Source of the DNA: an uncultured Candidatus Saccharibacteria bacterium
GTDB lineage: Bacteria; Patescibacteriota; Saccharimonadia; Saccharimonadales; Saccharimonadaceae
Reading direction: 5' to 3'
DNA length: 64,000 nucleotides
Assembly (NCBI GenBank): GCA_964476395.1
Contig: CAYYYH010000001.1
Span: forward strand, 5,222-69,221
Shown here one piece after another: positions 48,303-56,764 of the stretch. The position numbers were made by a program, and so were the translations under genes. The notes beneath the pieces are model-generated. The model had not been told where the DNA came from. It worked only from the letters and a program-made list of their open reading frames with translations, and did not search any database. Each line of letters starts with the position of its first letter. Position 1 is the first letter of the stretch.

Positions 48303-48929
48303 TTACTTTTCCCCCTTATAAATCCAAACTTTCACGCCTACGATGCCTGCAATCGTTGGAGCATGATGACAATAAAAGTCAATATCTGCTCTAAGGGTAT
48401 GTAGAGGCACTGAACCTTCAATGAATTTCTCACGACGGCTCATCTCAGCACCGTTCAAACGACCGGCCACTTCGATACGTACACCTTTAGCGCCAGCATT
48501 CATCGACGACTGTAAAGCCATCTTCACTGCGCGACGGAAATTCATCCTTTTACCTAGCTGAAAACCAATATTTTCAGCTACCAACTTGGCGTTAAGTTCT
48601 GGTTTTTTAACTTCTTCTACGTTGATCCTAATCGGACCTTCTACAATTTTTTCAAGCTGTTTTTTTAGCTCGTTGATACCGGCACCCTGCTTACCGATTA
48701 CTGCGCCTGCCTTAGCAGTCAAAATTGTAATCGTAGTAAGATTAGCGGAGCGCTCGATATTAATCCGCGCAATCGTTGGACGAGCTTTAAATCTCTCCTC
48801 GATAATCTTGCGAATCTTGTCGTCTTCGTATAGCCAGCGACGAAAATCACTCTTCTTGGTAAACCATTTGGAGGCCCAGTCCTTGCTGACCTGGAGACGG
48901 TAAGAGATGGGATTAACCTTCTGACCCAT
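48303..48929 (-). CDS. rpsC: 30S ribosomal protein uS3
   Basis: [40 protein letters not shown]. Confidence 0.98.
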   Translation of the reverse strand: MGQKVNPISYRLQVSKDWASKWFTKKSDFRRWLYEDDKIRKIIEERFKARPTIARINIERSANLTTITILTAKAGAVIGKQGAGINELKKQLEKIVEGPIRINVEEVKKPELNAKLVAENIGFQLGKRMNFRRAVKMALQSSMNAGAKGVRIEVAGRLNGAEMSRREKFIEGSVPLHTLRADIDFYCHHAPTIAGIVGVKVWIYKGEK

Positions 48930-48930
48930 A

Positions 48931-49305
48931 TTACTTCTTCTCCTTCTTTACTTTTTCTTCGCCAGCAACTTCGACGAAGATATTACTTGAGATTTTCTCG
49001 TATGGCAAAGCTCGACCACGCGATGCCGGTTTGTATCTACGAATTCTTGTTCCACTCGTGACAATAATTCTTGCAATTCGAACAGTTTTAGGATCAATGC
49101 TAACTTTTGAATTATTTAATAAATTCGCATTAGCAGATTCTATTGCCTTTCGTACTGCACGAGCAGCACGCCTTGGGGTATGTTCCAAAATCACCACAGC
49201 ATCTGCTACATAGCGATCACGTACTAACGCTGCCACTATGTTCGTCTTGCGTGGCTGAGAATCGATCCCCTTTTCATATGCATGTGCAAAATGAGTATCC
49301 GCCAT
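48931..49305 (-). CDS. rplV: 50S ribosomal protein uL22
   Basis: QPRK, SANAN, PASRGRA; position between rpsS and rpsC. Confidence 0.93.
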   Translation of the reverse strand: MADTHFAHAYEKGIDSQPRKTNIVAALVRDRYVADAVVILEHTPRRAARAVRKAIESANANLLNNSKVSIDPKTVRIARIIVTSGTRIRRYKPASRGRALPYEKISSNIFVEVAGEEKVKKEKK

Positions 49306-49307
49306 AG

Positions 49308-49601
49308 TTATGCCTTTCCTTTCGCCGCCGCAGCTTCAGCTGCTTTCTTGCCACCATGGCGCTTAAATTTGCGAGTTGGCGCAAATTCGCCAAGCTTGTG
49401 ACCTACCATGTTTTCTGAAACAAATACTGGGACATGCACCTTGCCATTATGCACAGCAATTGTCCGACCAACCATTTCTGGAGAAATTGTTGATTGTCTC
49501 GCCCAAGTCTTTATTACGGTGCGGTCTTCGCTAGAGAGAGCGGCAATCTTTTTCGCGAGTTTTGCGTCCACAAACGGACCCTTCTTTAGACTCCTCGACA
49601 T
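49308..49601 (-). CDS. rpsS: 30S ribosomal protein uS19
   Basis: [26 protein letters not shown]. Confidence 0.98.
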   Translation of the reverse strand: MSRSLKKGPFVDAKLAKKIAALSSEDRTVIKTWARQSTISPEMVGRTIAVHNGKVHVPVFVSENMVGHKLGEFAPTRKFKRHGGKKAAEAAAAKGKA

Positions 49602-50437
49602 TATTTCCTCTTTCCTTCGTGGCGACTGCGCACGATCATTTTATTAGTTTTCTTATTATGACGAGTACGATATCCAAGCGTAAGTTGTCCCCATGGAGTA
49701 CGCGGGGCCTTACCAGTACCGTGACGACCGCCATCACCACCACCATGTGGGTGGTCTGCGGCATTCATCACAACGCCACGTACTGTTGGGCGAATACCCT
49801 TACGACGCTTACGACCTGCAGCACCAATCTTTACGTTTTGATGTTGCAAGTTAGAAACTGTACCAATCGACGCTTCGCATGCTACCAACACCTTGCGCAC
49901 CTCGCCAGATGGCATTTTAAGAGTGGCATAGCCATTTTCCTTTGCCATCAACTGTGCCGAGCTACCAGCTGCACGTACCATTTGTGCGCCCTTACCAGGA
50001 GCTAACTCCACCGCATAAACAAACGTACCGACTGGAATATTTTCAAGTGGCATGCGATTACTGTTTTCAACTTCAACCTCAGTGCCAGTCTTGAAAGTAG
50101 CACCCTTAGTCATCTTAGTATCAGCGATTACATAATAATACGTACCGTTTTCGTCTTTCACTCGAGCAATCCTTGCCGAACGGTTTGGATCATACTCAAT
50201 TTCTTCTACGGTAAAGGTCAAGTCCTTTGGTAGATTATAAGTTACTACCCGGTAATGACGCTTTACACCACCACCACGGTGCCTTACCGTAATTCGGCCT
50301 TGGTTATTTTTACCGGCCTGTTGTTTTTTCGCCCTAGTCAACGATTTTAATGGTTTTTTCGTTGTGATTTGGTCATAATCTTCAGTCGTCTTTTGACGCT
50401 GAGCCGGCGTAATCGGGCGATATTGTTTGATAGCCAT
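49601..50437 (-). CDS. rplB: 50S ribosomal protein uL2
   Basis: [35 protein letters not shown]. Confidence 0.99.
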   Translation of the reverse strand: MAIKQYRPITPAQRQKTTEDYDQITTKKPLKSLTRAKKQQAGKNNQGRITVRHRGGGVKRHYRVVTYNLPKDLTFTVEEIEYDPNRSARIARVKDENGTYYYVIADTKMTKGATFKTGTEVEVENSNRMPLENIPVGTFVYAVELAPGKGAQMVRAAGSSAQLMAKENGYATLKMPSGEVRKVLVACEASIGTVSNLQHQNVKIGAAGRKRRKGIRPTVRGVVMNAADHPHGGGDGGRHGTGKAPRTPWGQLTLGYRTRHNKKTNKMIVRSRHEGKRK

Positions 50438-50808
50438 TACTTGTCCTCCTTCTTAGCAGACTTTGCTGGCTTAGCTTTAGGCTCTTCGGTTTGTTCTTCG
50501 AATACACGAATCGAATCGCCTTTCTTTAGTCTTACATAAGCATATTTCTTATCTTGACGATATGTTGTGCCAGGATAAGCATGCTTGCCCTTGCTATATT
50601 TAGTCTTTTTACCATTACGAATCAACGTCCTAACATCTGTTACGGTTACGTTGAATTCCTTTTCCACCATCTTAGCAATCTCTTGTTTACTCATCGTTCG
50701 CTTTACTGGAAAAACGTAAATACGATTAGTTTGTTCAAGATAGCTTTTTTCAGTAGCTCTTGGCTCTAAGAGATGAAGTTCGATATTAGTATTGTCGTTT
50801 TTAGCCAT
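50437..50808 (-). CDS. rplW: 50S ribosomal protein uL23 with C-terminal extension
   Basis: PRATEKS, YVFPV, KKYAYV. Confidence 0.93.
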   Translation of the reverse strand: MAKNDNTNIELHLLEPRATEKSYLEQTNRIYVFPVKRTMSKQEIAKMVEKEFNVTVTDVRTLIRNGKKTKYSKGKHAYPGTTYRQDKKYAYVRLKKGDSIRVFEEQTEEPKAKPAKSAKKEDK

Positions 50809-50809
50809 C

Positions 50810-51409
50810 TTACTTCTCCTCTCCCATTAGCCACTTCTCCGTAGCCTTAAGTGCAGCCTCCGAAAACACAATTGCATCTGCATTCATAATGTCAAACACA
50901 TTAAGATATGTCGCACGTACTAATTTAACGTTCGACAAATTGTTGGTTGAACGTAAAACTTCTGGAGTTTTTTCGTTGGCTACTGCCAATACGTTCTTAC
51001 CTTCGAGCTTCATGTCTTTCAAAACTTTTACTGCACTCTTGGTTTTGCCGTCTAATTTAACGGTTGGATCAAGTACAAATACTGCTTTGTCGGCATTTTT
51101 CATTGAAAGTGCCTGACGAACAGCAAGTAACTTTGCGCTCTTTGAAATCTTCTTTGTGAAGTTTTCTTCGCCAGTGCGACCACCAGCCACACCACCATGG
51201 CGCCAAATCGGGTTACGAGTGGAGCCAAAACGAGCTCTACCGGTACCTTTTTGCTTCCATGGTTTCTTACCACCACCACGTACTTCACCACGCTTCAAAG
51301 TTTTAGCGTGAGCAGAACGAGAATTAGCTAGATATGCATCATAAGCGAGCTTGACGAGTTCATGATTTTCAACTTTCAAGCCAAAGATGTCTTTACTTAG
51401 TGTAGCCAT
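50810..51409 (-). CDS. rplD: 50S ribosomal protein uL4
   Basis: RGEVRGGGKKPWKQKGTGRAR, GGVA, LNVFDI. Confidence 0.97.
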   Translation of the reverse strand: MATLSKDIFGLKVENHELVKLAYDAYLANSRSAHAKTLKRGEVRGGGKKPWKQKGTGRARFGSTRNPIWRHGGVAGGRTGEENFTKKISKSAKLLAVRQALSMKNADKAVFVLDPTVKLDGKTKSAVKVLKDMKLEGKNVLAVANEKTPEVLRSTNNLSNVKLVRATYLNVFDIMNADAIVFSEAALKATEKWLMGEEK

Positions 51410-51410
51410 A

Positions 51411-52031
51411 TTACTCCTTTCCCTCCACGCTTACGATACCCTTGCGAGGTCCAGGAACTGCGCCCTTTAGTCCAATCAGATTATTCTCTACGTCGATATA
51501 AGCAACAACGAGATTCTTAACTGTTACCTGATCGTGGCCCATCCGGCCTGGCATCTTTTTGCCCTTAAAGACTTTTTGTGGGTACATCGAGCCGATTGAA
51601 CCAACTCTACGGATATTCCCCTTAAAGCCATGCGTGTTACGAGATTCGTTAAAGTTGTGGCGCTTAATTGTACCAGCATAGCCTTTACCCTTGCTCGTAC
51701 CAGTTACCGCAACTTTATCCCCCAATTTAAAACTCTCGACCGTTAATACGTCGCCGAGTTTTGCACCTTCAGGAATCTCCTCAACGCGAAACTCCTTTAG
51801 GACTTTAGGATTGATATTTTCACCAGCCTTTTTTATGTGGCCAGCAACCGACTTGCTCAGATTCTTACCCTGACCGTAGCCCACTTGCACAGCATTATAA
51901 CCGTCGGTTTCGACAGTCTTTATCTGAGTCACTGTGCACGGACCGGCTTGGATGATTGTAACTGGGGTTACCACACCATCTTCGCCGATAATCTGGGTCA
52001 TACCAATTTTGGTGCCGAGAATGACTTGCAT
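51411..52031 (-). CDS. rplC: 50S ribosomal protein uL3
   Basis: GTKIGMTQ, DGYNAVQ, SKGKG, GSIG, KKMPGRMG, GAVPG. Confidence 0.98.
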   Translation of the reverse strand: MQVILGTKIGMTQIIGEDGVVTPVTIIQAGPCTVTQIKTVETDGYNAVQVGYGQGKNLSKSVAGHIKKAGENINPKVLKEFRVEEIPEGAKLGDVLTVESFKLGDKVAVTGTSKGKGYAGTIKRHNFNESRNTHGFKGNIRRVGSIGSMYPQKVFKGKKMPGRMGHDQVTVKNLVVAYIDVENNLIGLKGAVPGPRKGIVSVEGKE

Positions 52032-52242
52032 CCTATTCCTTTCCTTTATTATTTAGTTTTGTCACAATAAGTGACGACTCCACGCCCCTATAAGGCGCTA
52101 TGAGAGTTTTGCCTCTGTACAACAAGCAAAACTGCACTATTAAAACTAGACTTTTAGGAAGGTTTCCGCTCGTGAGTTTTACGGACCTCTCCTTATGTCT
52201 AGATAACAAACCAATTATATCACACCTTTTTTCTCTTGCCAA
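52032..52242 (-). promoter_or_regulatory. Promoter and ~175-nt structured 5' leader of the rplC operon
   Basis: TTGGCA(52237-52242)-17-TGA-TATAAT(52214-52219); leader contains CTAGAC/GTCTAG, GTTTTGC/GCAAAAC and GCGCC/GGCGT stems. Confidence 0.7.
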
Positions 52243-52261
52243 CCCCTAATTTGAAATGGCG

Positions 52262-52285
52262 GAGCCCCAGCACATGCCGGGGCTC
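52262..52285 (-). terminator. GC hairpin downstream of 52292 gene
   Basis: GAGCCCC-N10-GGGGCTC. Confidence 0.55.
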
Positions 52286-52291
52286 GCAGGA

Positions 52292-52531
52292 TCAAGGATA
52301 GCGCAACGTATCAATCCGATAAACCCCCTCACGAAGTTTTTGCCACTTCTCATCGGCTTTCTGGTAGAAGTAATCTACCAGATCGGTGCCAGAAATTACC
52401 GGAGAAACACCTCCTACCATCTGCAGTCGGCTCCAGTCTTCGCAATTCCCCCCAAGCTTTGTTATCACTGCCGCTAGTTCCAACGGGCTAAGTTCCCCGC
52501 AGAACAATTTCATCAGCTCACCGATCTCCAT
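52292..52531 (-). CDS. Small hypothetical protein
   Basis: Start more likely ATG 52531 (GAGGTG upstream) than 52555; own TTGCCG-17-TATAAT promoter at 52576-52604. Confidence 0.6.
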   Translation of the reverse strand: MEIGELMKLFCGELSPLELAAVITKLGGNCEDWSRLQMVGGVSPVISGTDLVDYFYQKADEKWQKLREGVYRIDTLRYP

Positions 52532-52623
52532 ACGTTTATGTTCACCTCTTTCCATTGCTAAGGTACGGTTTTGATATTATACCACAAAAAACAAATTCCG
52601 GCAAAAAGCTATGCCTTCTAATA

Positions 52624-53694
52624 TTACATCTCTAGATAAGCATCAATAAAACCATCAATTTTACCATCTAGTACTGCATCTGGGTCGGTATCTTCATACT
52701 CTGTACGAGTATCTTTTACCAATTTATAAGGCTGTAATACATAATTTCTAATCTGTTGGCCCCAACCTGCAGATTCTCCTGCTCGAAGCTCCCCAATCGT
52801 TGCCGCGTGTTGCTCTAATTGCATCTGCACCAACTTACCTCTTAAAATCTCCATTGCTTTTTCTCTATTTTGAATCTGGCTCCGCTCATTTTGAATCGCC
52901 ACCACAGTATTAGTCGGAATATGCGTAATTCTTACCGCCGAATCAGTCGTATTCACCCCTTGGCCACCATGCCCACCCGAACGGTAAACATCAATTCTTA
53001 GATCTTTTTCATCAATTTCAACCTCAGTATCAGCCTTGATTACTGGCAATATTTCAACCAAAGCAAACGACGTTTGTCTTAAATTATTAGCATTAAACGG
53101 CGAAAGCCGTACCAAGCGATGCACCCCATGCTCAGATTTCAAAAGACCATAGGCATTTGCTCCTGTCACCTCATATACGGCAGTCTTTATCCCCGCCTCC
53201 TCACCAACTACTCGCTCTAAGCAAGAAACCTTTAAACCTTTGCGTTCGCAAAATCTTAAATACATTCGCTCTAACATCGAAGCCCAATCCATCGCCTCTG
53301 TACCACCCGCCCCAGAAGTAATCCGAATAATGGCATCTTTTTGATCATGTAGTCCCTGAAATCTCAAGGCTTTTTTTAGCTCCTGAAAATTTGACTCCAT
53401 CCCAGCAATTTGGCCTTCTATTTCTTCCTTCAAGCCACTATCCGCAATTGTCAATAATTCTTTTAGATCCTCAATTTGAGTTTTAAGAAGTTCCCATGGC
53501 TGGATTTTATCCTGTAATTTAGCTAATTCCTGATTTGCCTCTGTGGCCCTACCAACATTTTTCCAAATATCAGGGTCAGAAACTACTTTCTCTAGTTTCC
53601 TAAGCCTCGAAATCTCATCAAAAATCCCCAATTTCTGATAAACCTTCAAAAAATCTGCCTCTAATTCTTTCAATCGCTTTTCCAAGTCCTGCAT
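52624..53694 (-). CDS. prfB: Peptide chain release factor 2 (continuous frame)
   Basis: GAGGTEA, GVHRLVRLSPF (SPF), SGGHGGQGVNTTDSAVR, QIRNYVLQPY. Confidence 0.97.
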   Translation of the reverse strand: MQDLEKRLKELEADFLKVYQKLGIFDEISRLRKLEKVVSDPDIWKNVGRATEANQELAKLQDKIQPWELLKTQIEDLKELLTIADSGLKEEIEGQIAGMESNFQELKKALRFQGLHDQKDAIIRITSGAGGTEAMDWASMLERMYLRFCERKGLKVSCLERVVGEEAGIKTAVYEVTGANAYGLLKSEHGVHRLVRLSPFNANNLRQTSFALVEILPVIKADTEVEIDEKDLRIDVYRSGGHGGQGVNTTDSAVRITHIPTNTVVAIQNERSQIQNREKAMEILRGKLVQMQLEQHAATIGELRAGESAGWGQQIRNYVLQPYKLVKDTRTEYEDTDPDAVLDGKIDGFIDAYLEM

Positions 53695-53777
53695 ATCCTA
53701 TATTATAGCATATTCAGACCATGAAAAAGGGAGGCCTAAGCTAATACAAAAAACCAGCCCCACGAAGGGGCCGATCT

Positions 53778-54026
53778 TTATTGTGTGAGGTGCCAGGAAA
53801 GATTGCCCGAGTCAAACTCGAGGCGTTTTTGTTCCCGACCAACCAGAACGTCGAAGATGTGTAACGCAACGCCGCCTACGAACCTAATCTGAGTTCGAAG
53901 TAGCTCCGTTACCTCGGTTTCTTTTTCCCCTTTCCGCCTAAAAGTAAGTGGCTGACAGGGGGTCATTTCATAACCGAAAAGGGCCATGACCTCGACACGT
54001 TCCTTGTTTTTGTTAAAGTTTTGCAT
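53778..54026 (-). CDS. Small beta-rich hypothetical protein
   Basis: SD AAGGAG; HIFDV...LEFDSGNLSWHL; hairpin GGCCCC/GGGGCT just downstream. Confidence 0.7.
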   Translation of the reverse strand: MQNFNKNKERVEVMALFGYEMTPCQPLTFRRKGEKETEVTELLRTQIRFVGGVALHIFDVLVGREQKRLEFDSGNLSWHLTQ

Positions 54027-54056
54027 AATTGACTCCTTAAAATTAGATTTCTTAGA

Positions 54057-54107
54057 GTCATTTATGTGAGCCCGTTTTATTGGCTCCTGGCCACGGGGCC
54101 AAATGAC
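54057..54107 (-). promoter_or_regulatory. Three-way-junction RNA in 5' leader of the 82-aa gene
   Basis: Closing stem GTCATTT/AAATGAC enclosing GGCC/GGCC and GAGCC/GGCTC hairpins; promoter TGC-TATACT at 54152-54160. Confidence 0.55.
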
Positions 54108-54190
54108 AAAAACCCGCGCAGCTTTAAACTTTTCTCATTGCCAGTGACCGAAGTATAGCATGAGCACTTTAATTATATCATGAAAAAGGC

Positions 54191-54214
54191 TGGCCAGCAC
54201 ATACGTGCTGGCCA
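54191..54214 (-). terminator. Terminator after 174-aa gene
   Basis: Perfect 10-bp stem TGGCCAGCAC-4-GTGCTGGCCA then GCCTTTTT. Confidence 0.75.
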
Positions 54215-54224
54215 AAACCAAGGT

Positions 54225-54749
54225 CTAGTACGTCACAGGACGAAAGCTAAATCCACATCCTCTCGCTCCGTATTCCACGCTTACGTTGCCATCCGCGGCA
54301 AGCGACAAAATCGCTACGCCAAGATGACCTTCAGAGTCGGACAGGTAGCACCCACAATCACCGACGTATTTAACATCGGTGAAGCCCTCCGGATCAGCAT
54401 TGTACCTGTCCATGTCCTCAGCGTCAATCCAGCCGTTCATGCCAAAACCAAGAGATTGCTCCAGGACCTCCACTGCAGTACAACCTTCATAGCCGTAATT
54501 GCAGCGAATATACTTAATGACATTAGAGACAATCTGGTAAAACTCATCCTCAGTCGGGACAACCGCGCCGTAAGGCATCTTATGTTCCGACTGCAAGGCA
54601 GCCAACTCGTCGAAGGTAAAATACCTCTTGCCCTTCTTCATCACTGTGCCATCAGACATCTTAATGTCCTCAGGCAAAACCATGTCCGCCCCCGCGAGGA
54701 AACGCCCATTCGGGATAGCCACATTAATAAAACGCATCATTCCGCCCAT
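54225..54749 (-). CDS. FISUMP (Fib_succ_major)-like domain protein
   Basis: YFTFDE...P.G..VPT..EF..I...GF..NG...G..GCY.S.S...GFSFRPV resembles the FISUMP pattern; SD AGGAGG. Confidence 0.6.
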   Translation of the reverse strand: MGGMMRFINVAIPNGRFLAGADMVLPEDIKMSDGTVMKKGKRYFTFDELAALQSEHKMPYGAVVPTEDEFYQIVSNVIKYIRCNYGYEGCTAVEVLEQSLGFGMNGWIDAEDMDRYNADPEGFTDVKYVGDCGCYLSDSEGHLGVAILSLAADGNVSVEYGARGCGFSFRPVTY

Positions 54750-54850
54750 ACAGACCTCCTAAAGAACTTTACCGATCGCCACCACCAGATAACTTACCCT
54801 ATACAATATCACATTTATCGTCTAATAGCAAAACATGGTATAATATCAAA

Positions 54851-55900
54851 ATGAATTTTGAAAAAGTCAATATCTGGAACAATTTGCCCCGACCATTCCT
54901 CGTTCTCGCACCCATGGAAGGCGTGACAGATATCGTGTTTCGCCAAGTTATCGCTAAAGCCGGCCGACCAGATTTATTTTTTACCGAATTTACTAATGTC
55001 TCTAGCTACGCTTCCGAAAAAGGTCGCGCTAACGCTCTGGAACGCCTTGAAGTTGCCGAATCCGACAAGCCGATTATTGCCCAAATTTGGGGCAAAAATC
55101 CCGAACATTTTTCGGAATGCGCCGAGGCGCTCGAATCGTTAGGTTTTTCTGGAATTGATCTTAATTTCGGCTGCCCAGATAAGCACGTCAATAAGGCCGG
55201 CGGCGGCGCAGCCATGATCAAAACTCCTGACCTCGCAATTAAATGCTACAAAAATGCCTTAAAATCTACCAATCTTCCTGTTTCTATCAAAACTCGCCTC
55301 GGCTGGAATGATATCGAAGAATATAAGACTTGGCTCCCAACTCTTTTGAATGAGCATCCCGTCGCTCTCACCGTACACCTTCGTACGCGTAAAGAAATGA
55401 GTAAAGTCCCCGCCCACTACGAGCTCATTCCTTCCATCATTAAATTACGCAACGAAATCTCTCCAGAGACCAAACTCATCATCAATGGCGATATTCGCGA
55501 CAAAGCTCACGCTTTAGAATTACATCAAAAATTCCCCGAGGTGGACGGCTTCATGATCGGCCGCGGTGTTTTTGCTAACCCCTATTGCTTTACCAATCAC
55601 ACCCCCACCCAAGACGAATTGATAGAACTTTTGAAACTACATTTAGATTTGTATGAGGCTCATGCGAATAATTCTTTTCGGGGACGCTCCTCACGCCCGT
55701 CTTCACGGGGTTCGTCGCTTCGTCCTCGTAGCAACTGCGGATGCCCCCGAAAAGAACTTTCGCATGAGCCTAATTACGAACCTTTGAAGCATTTTTTCAA
55801 AATTTACATCAACAATTTTCCAGGTGCGAAAGAAATTAGAGCCAAACTCATGGAAACTCACTCCGTCACCGAAGCTCGCAAAATTGTCAATTCCATATAG
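54851..55900 (+). CDS. tRNA-dihydrouridine synthase (Dus family) with C-terminal insertion
   Basis: LAPMEGVTD, DLNFGCP, SIKTRLG, TVHLRT, NGDI, MIGRG. Confidence 0.93.
   Translation: MNFEKVNIWNNLPRPFLVLAPMEGVTDIVFRQVIAKAGRPDLFFTEFTNVSSYASEKGRANALERLEVAESDKPIIAQIWGKNPEHFSECAEALESLGFSGIDLNFGCPDKHVNKAGGGAAMIKTPDLAIKCYKNALKSTNLPVSIKTRLGWNDIEEYKTWLPTLLNEHPVALTVHLRTRKEMSKVPAHYELIPSIIKLRNEISPETKLIINGDIRDKAHALELHQKFPEVDGFMIGRGVFANPYCFTNHTPTQDELIELLKLHLDLYEAHANNSFRGRSSRPSSRGSSLRPRSNCGCPRKELSHEPNYEPLKHFFKIYINNFPGAKEIRAKLMETHSVTEARKIVNSI
55656..55771. repeat. Palindromic element inside the dus reading frame
   Basis: Arms AGGCTCATGCGAA-TAA-TTCTTTTCGGGG / CCCCGAAAAGAA-CT-TTCGCATGAGCCT; inner hairpin CCCGT-CTTC-ACGGG. 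Confidence 0.85.
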
Positions 55901-55902
55901 CA

Positions 55903-55931
55903 GAAAAGGCCGCACAAAGTGCGACCTTTTC
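55903..55931. terminator. Bidirectional terminator between dus and 220-aa gene
   Basis: GAAAAGG-CCGCAC-AAA-GTGCG-ACCTTTTC. Confidence 0.75.
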
Positions 55932-55952
55932 AGTAGTGCAAACTCCTCGGAA

Positions 55953-56615
55953 TTACCAAGACACGTAGACATCGAGATTGCCGTAGCCGGAGCCACAGTC
56001 ATACACGACGCCCGTGCCACATCCAAACGGGACACTCACAACAGTGCCATAGGGGAAGTCATCCGAGGCTAGGCAAAGATTGCCATTGCCATCGCAAACA
56101 TACCCTTCGTCACCTACGTGACGTCCCGGAATGGAGAGTCCGCCTCCAGGGAGCACATTCTCCGAATAGTAGGTGTAAGAAAACCCACTACCCGAATCAT
56201 AGTGCACCCCCATCCAGCAGAAGTCAGAACCAGCGATCCAGACACCATCAACATTTGCGTTGACATAACCAGAGTCGTAGCTGGCAGAAGAGCCATAATC
56301 CTCTTCGACCGCTGCTTCTTCGGCCTCCGGCTCACTGGCAACCTCTACCTCTGCCATCGGTTCGCCAATGATAGAATCGCCACTTTCTTCTTCAAATTCG
56401 AAAGAGATAGTCTTGAGATCATCCTTACAAGGCGATGACGCCTTTCCATCGACATAATCGACATCAATCCGATCATACACAACGACTGCCGGAATGGCGG
56501 CACGCTCACTTGTGTAAGCAACCTCGGCATCCACAGCATCGCAATGCTGGAATACCAAAAATGCTCCGAAAAGAAAACCAACGATGATGATAAAGCTGCG
56601 TTTGACGATGTTCAT
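55953..56615 (-). CDS. Exported protein with C-terminal 3D/RlpA-like (cell-wall-active) domain
   Basis: N-terminal signal/TM, acidic linker, TYY...LPGGGL.IPGRH...LCLASDDFPYGTVV...VYDCG...DVY. Confidence 0.55.
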   Translation of the reverse strand: MNIVKRSFIIIVGFLFGAFLVFQHCDAVDAEVAYTSERAAIPAVVVYDRIDVDYVDGKASSPCKDDLKTISFEFEEESGDSIIGEPMAEVEVASEPEAEEAAVEEDYGSSASYDSGYVNANVDGVWIAGSDFCWMGVHYDSGSGFSYTYYSENVLPGGGLSIPGRHVGDEGYVCDGNGNLCLASDDFPYGTVVSVPFGCGTGVVYDCGSGYGNLDVYVSW

Positions 56616-56764
56616 TGTTCGTCCTTCCTCGTTGTAACACTACTTCTAAACTACAGCAGGCCACAAAAACCAACCTACCAATTACTAATTATAGCACAAA
56701 CACTATAAAATGTCAATGCTTAACCCATATACTCCTGTAAAGCAAATCATGTTATAATCAAGCT

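Noticed and set aside
52033-52242. 69-aa ORF upstream of rplC as rpsJ or rpmC
   Set aside because: No resemblance to uS10 or uL29, and it spans the promoter and leader
54180-54854. 224-aa plus-strand ORF
   Set aside because: Antisense shadow of the 174-aa gene, which has the SD, terminator and domain pattern
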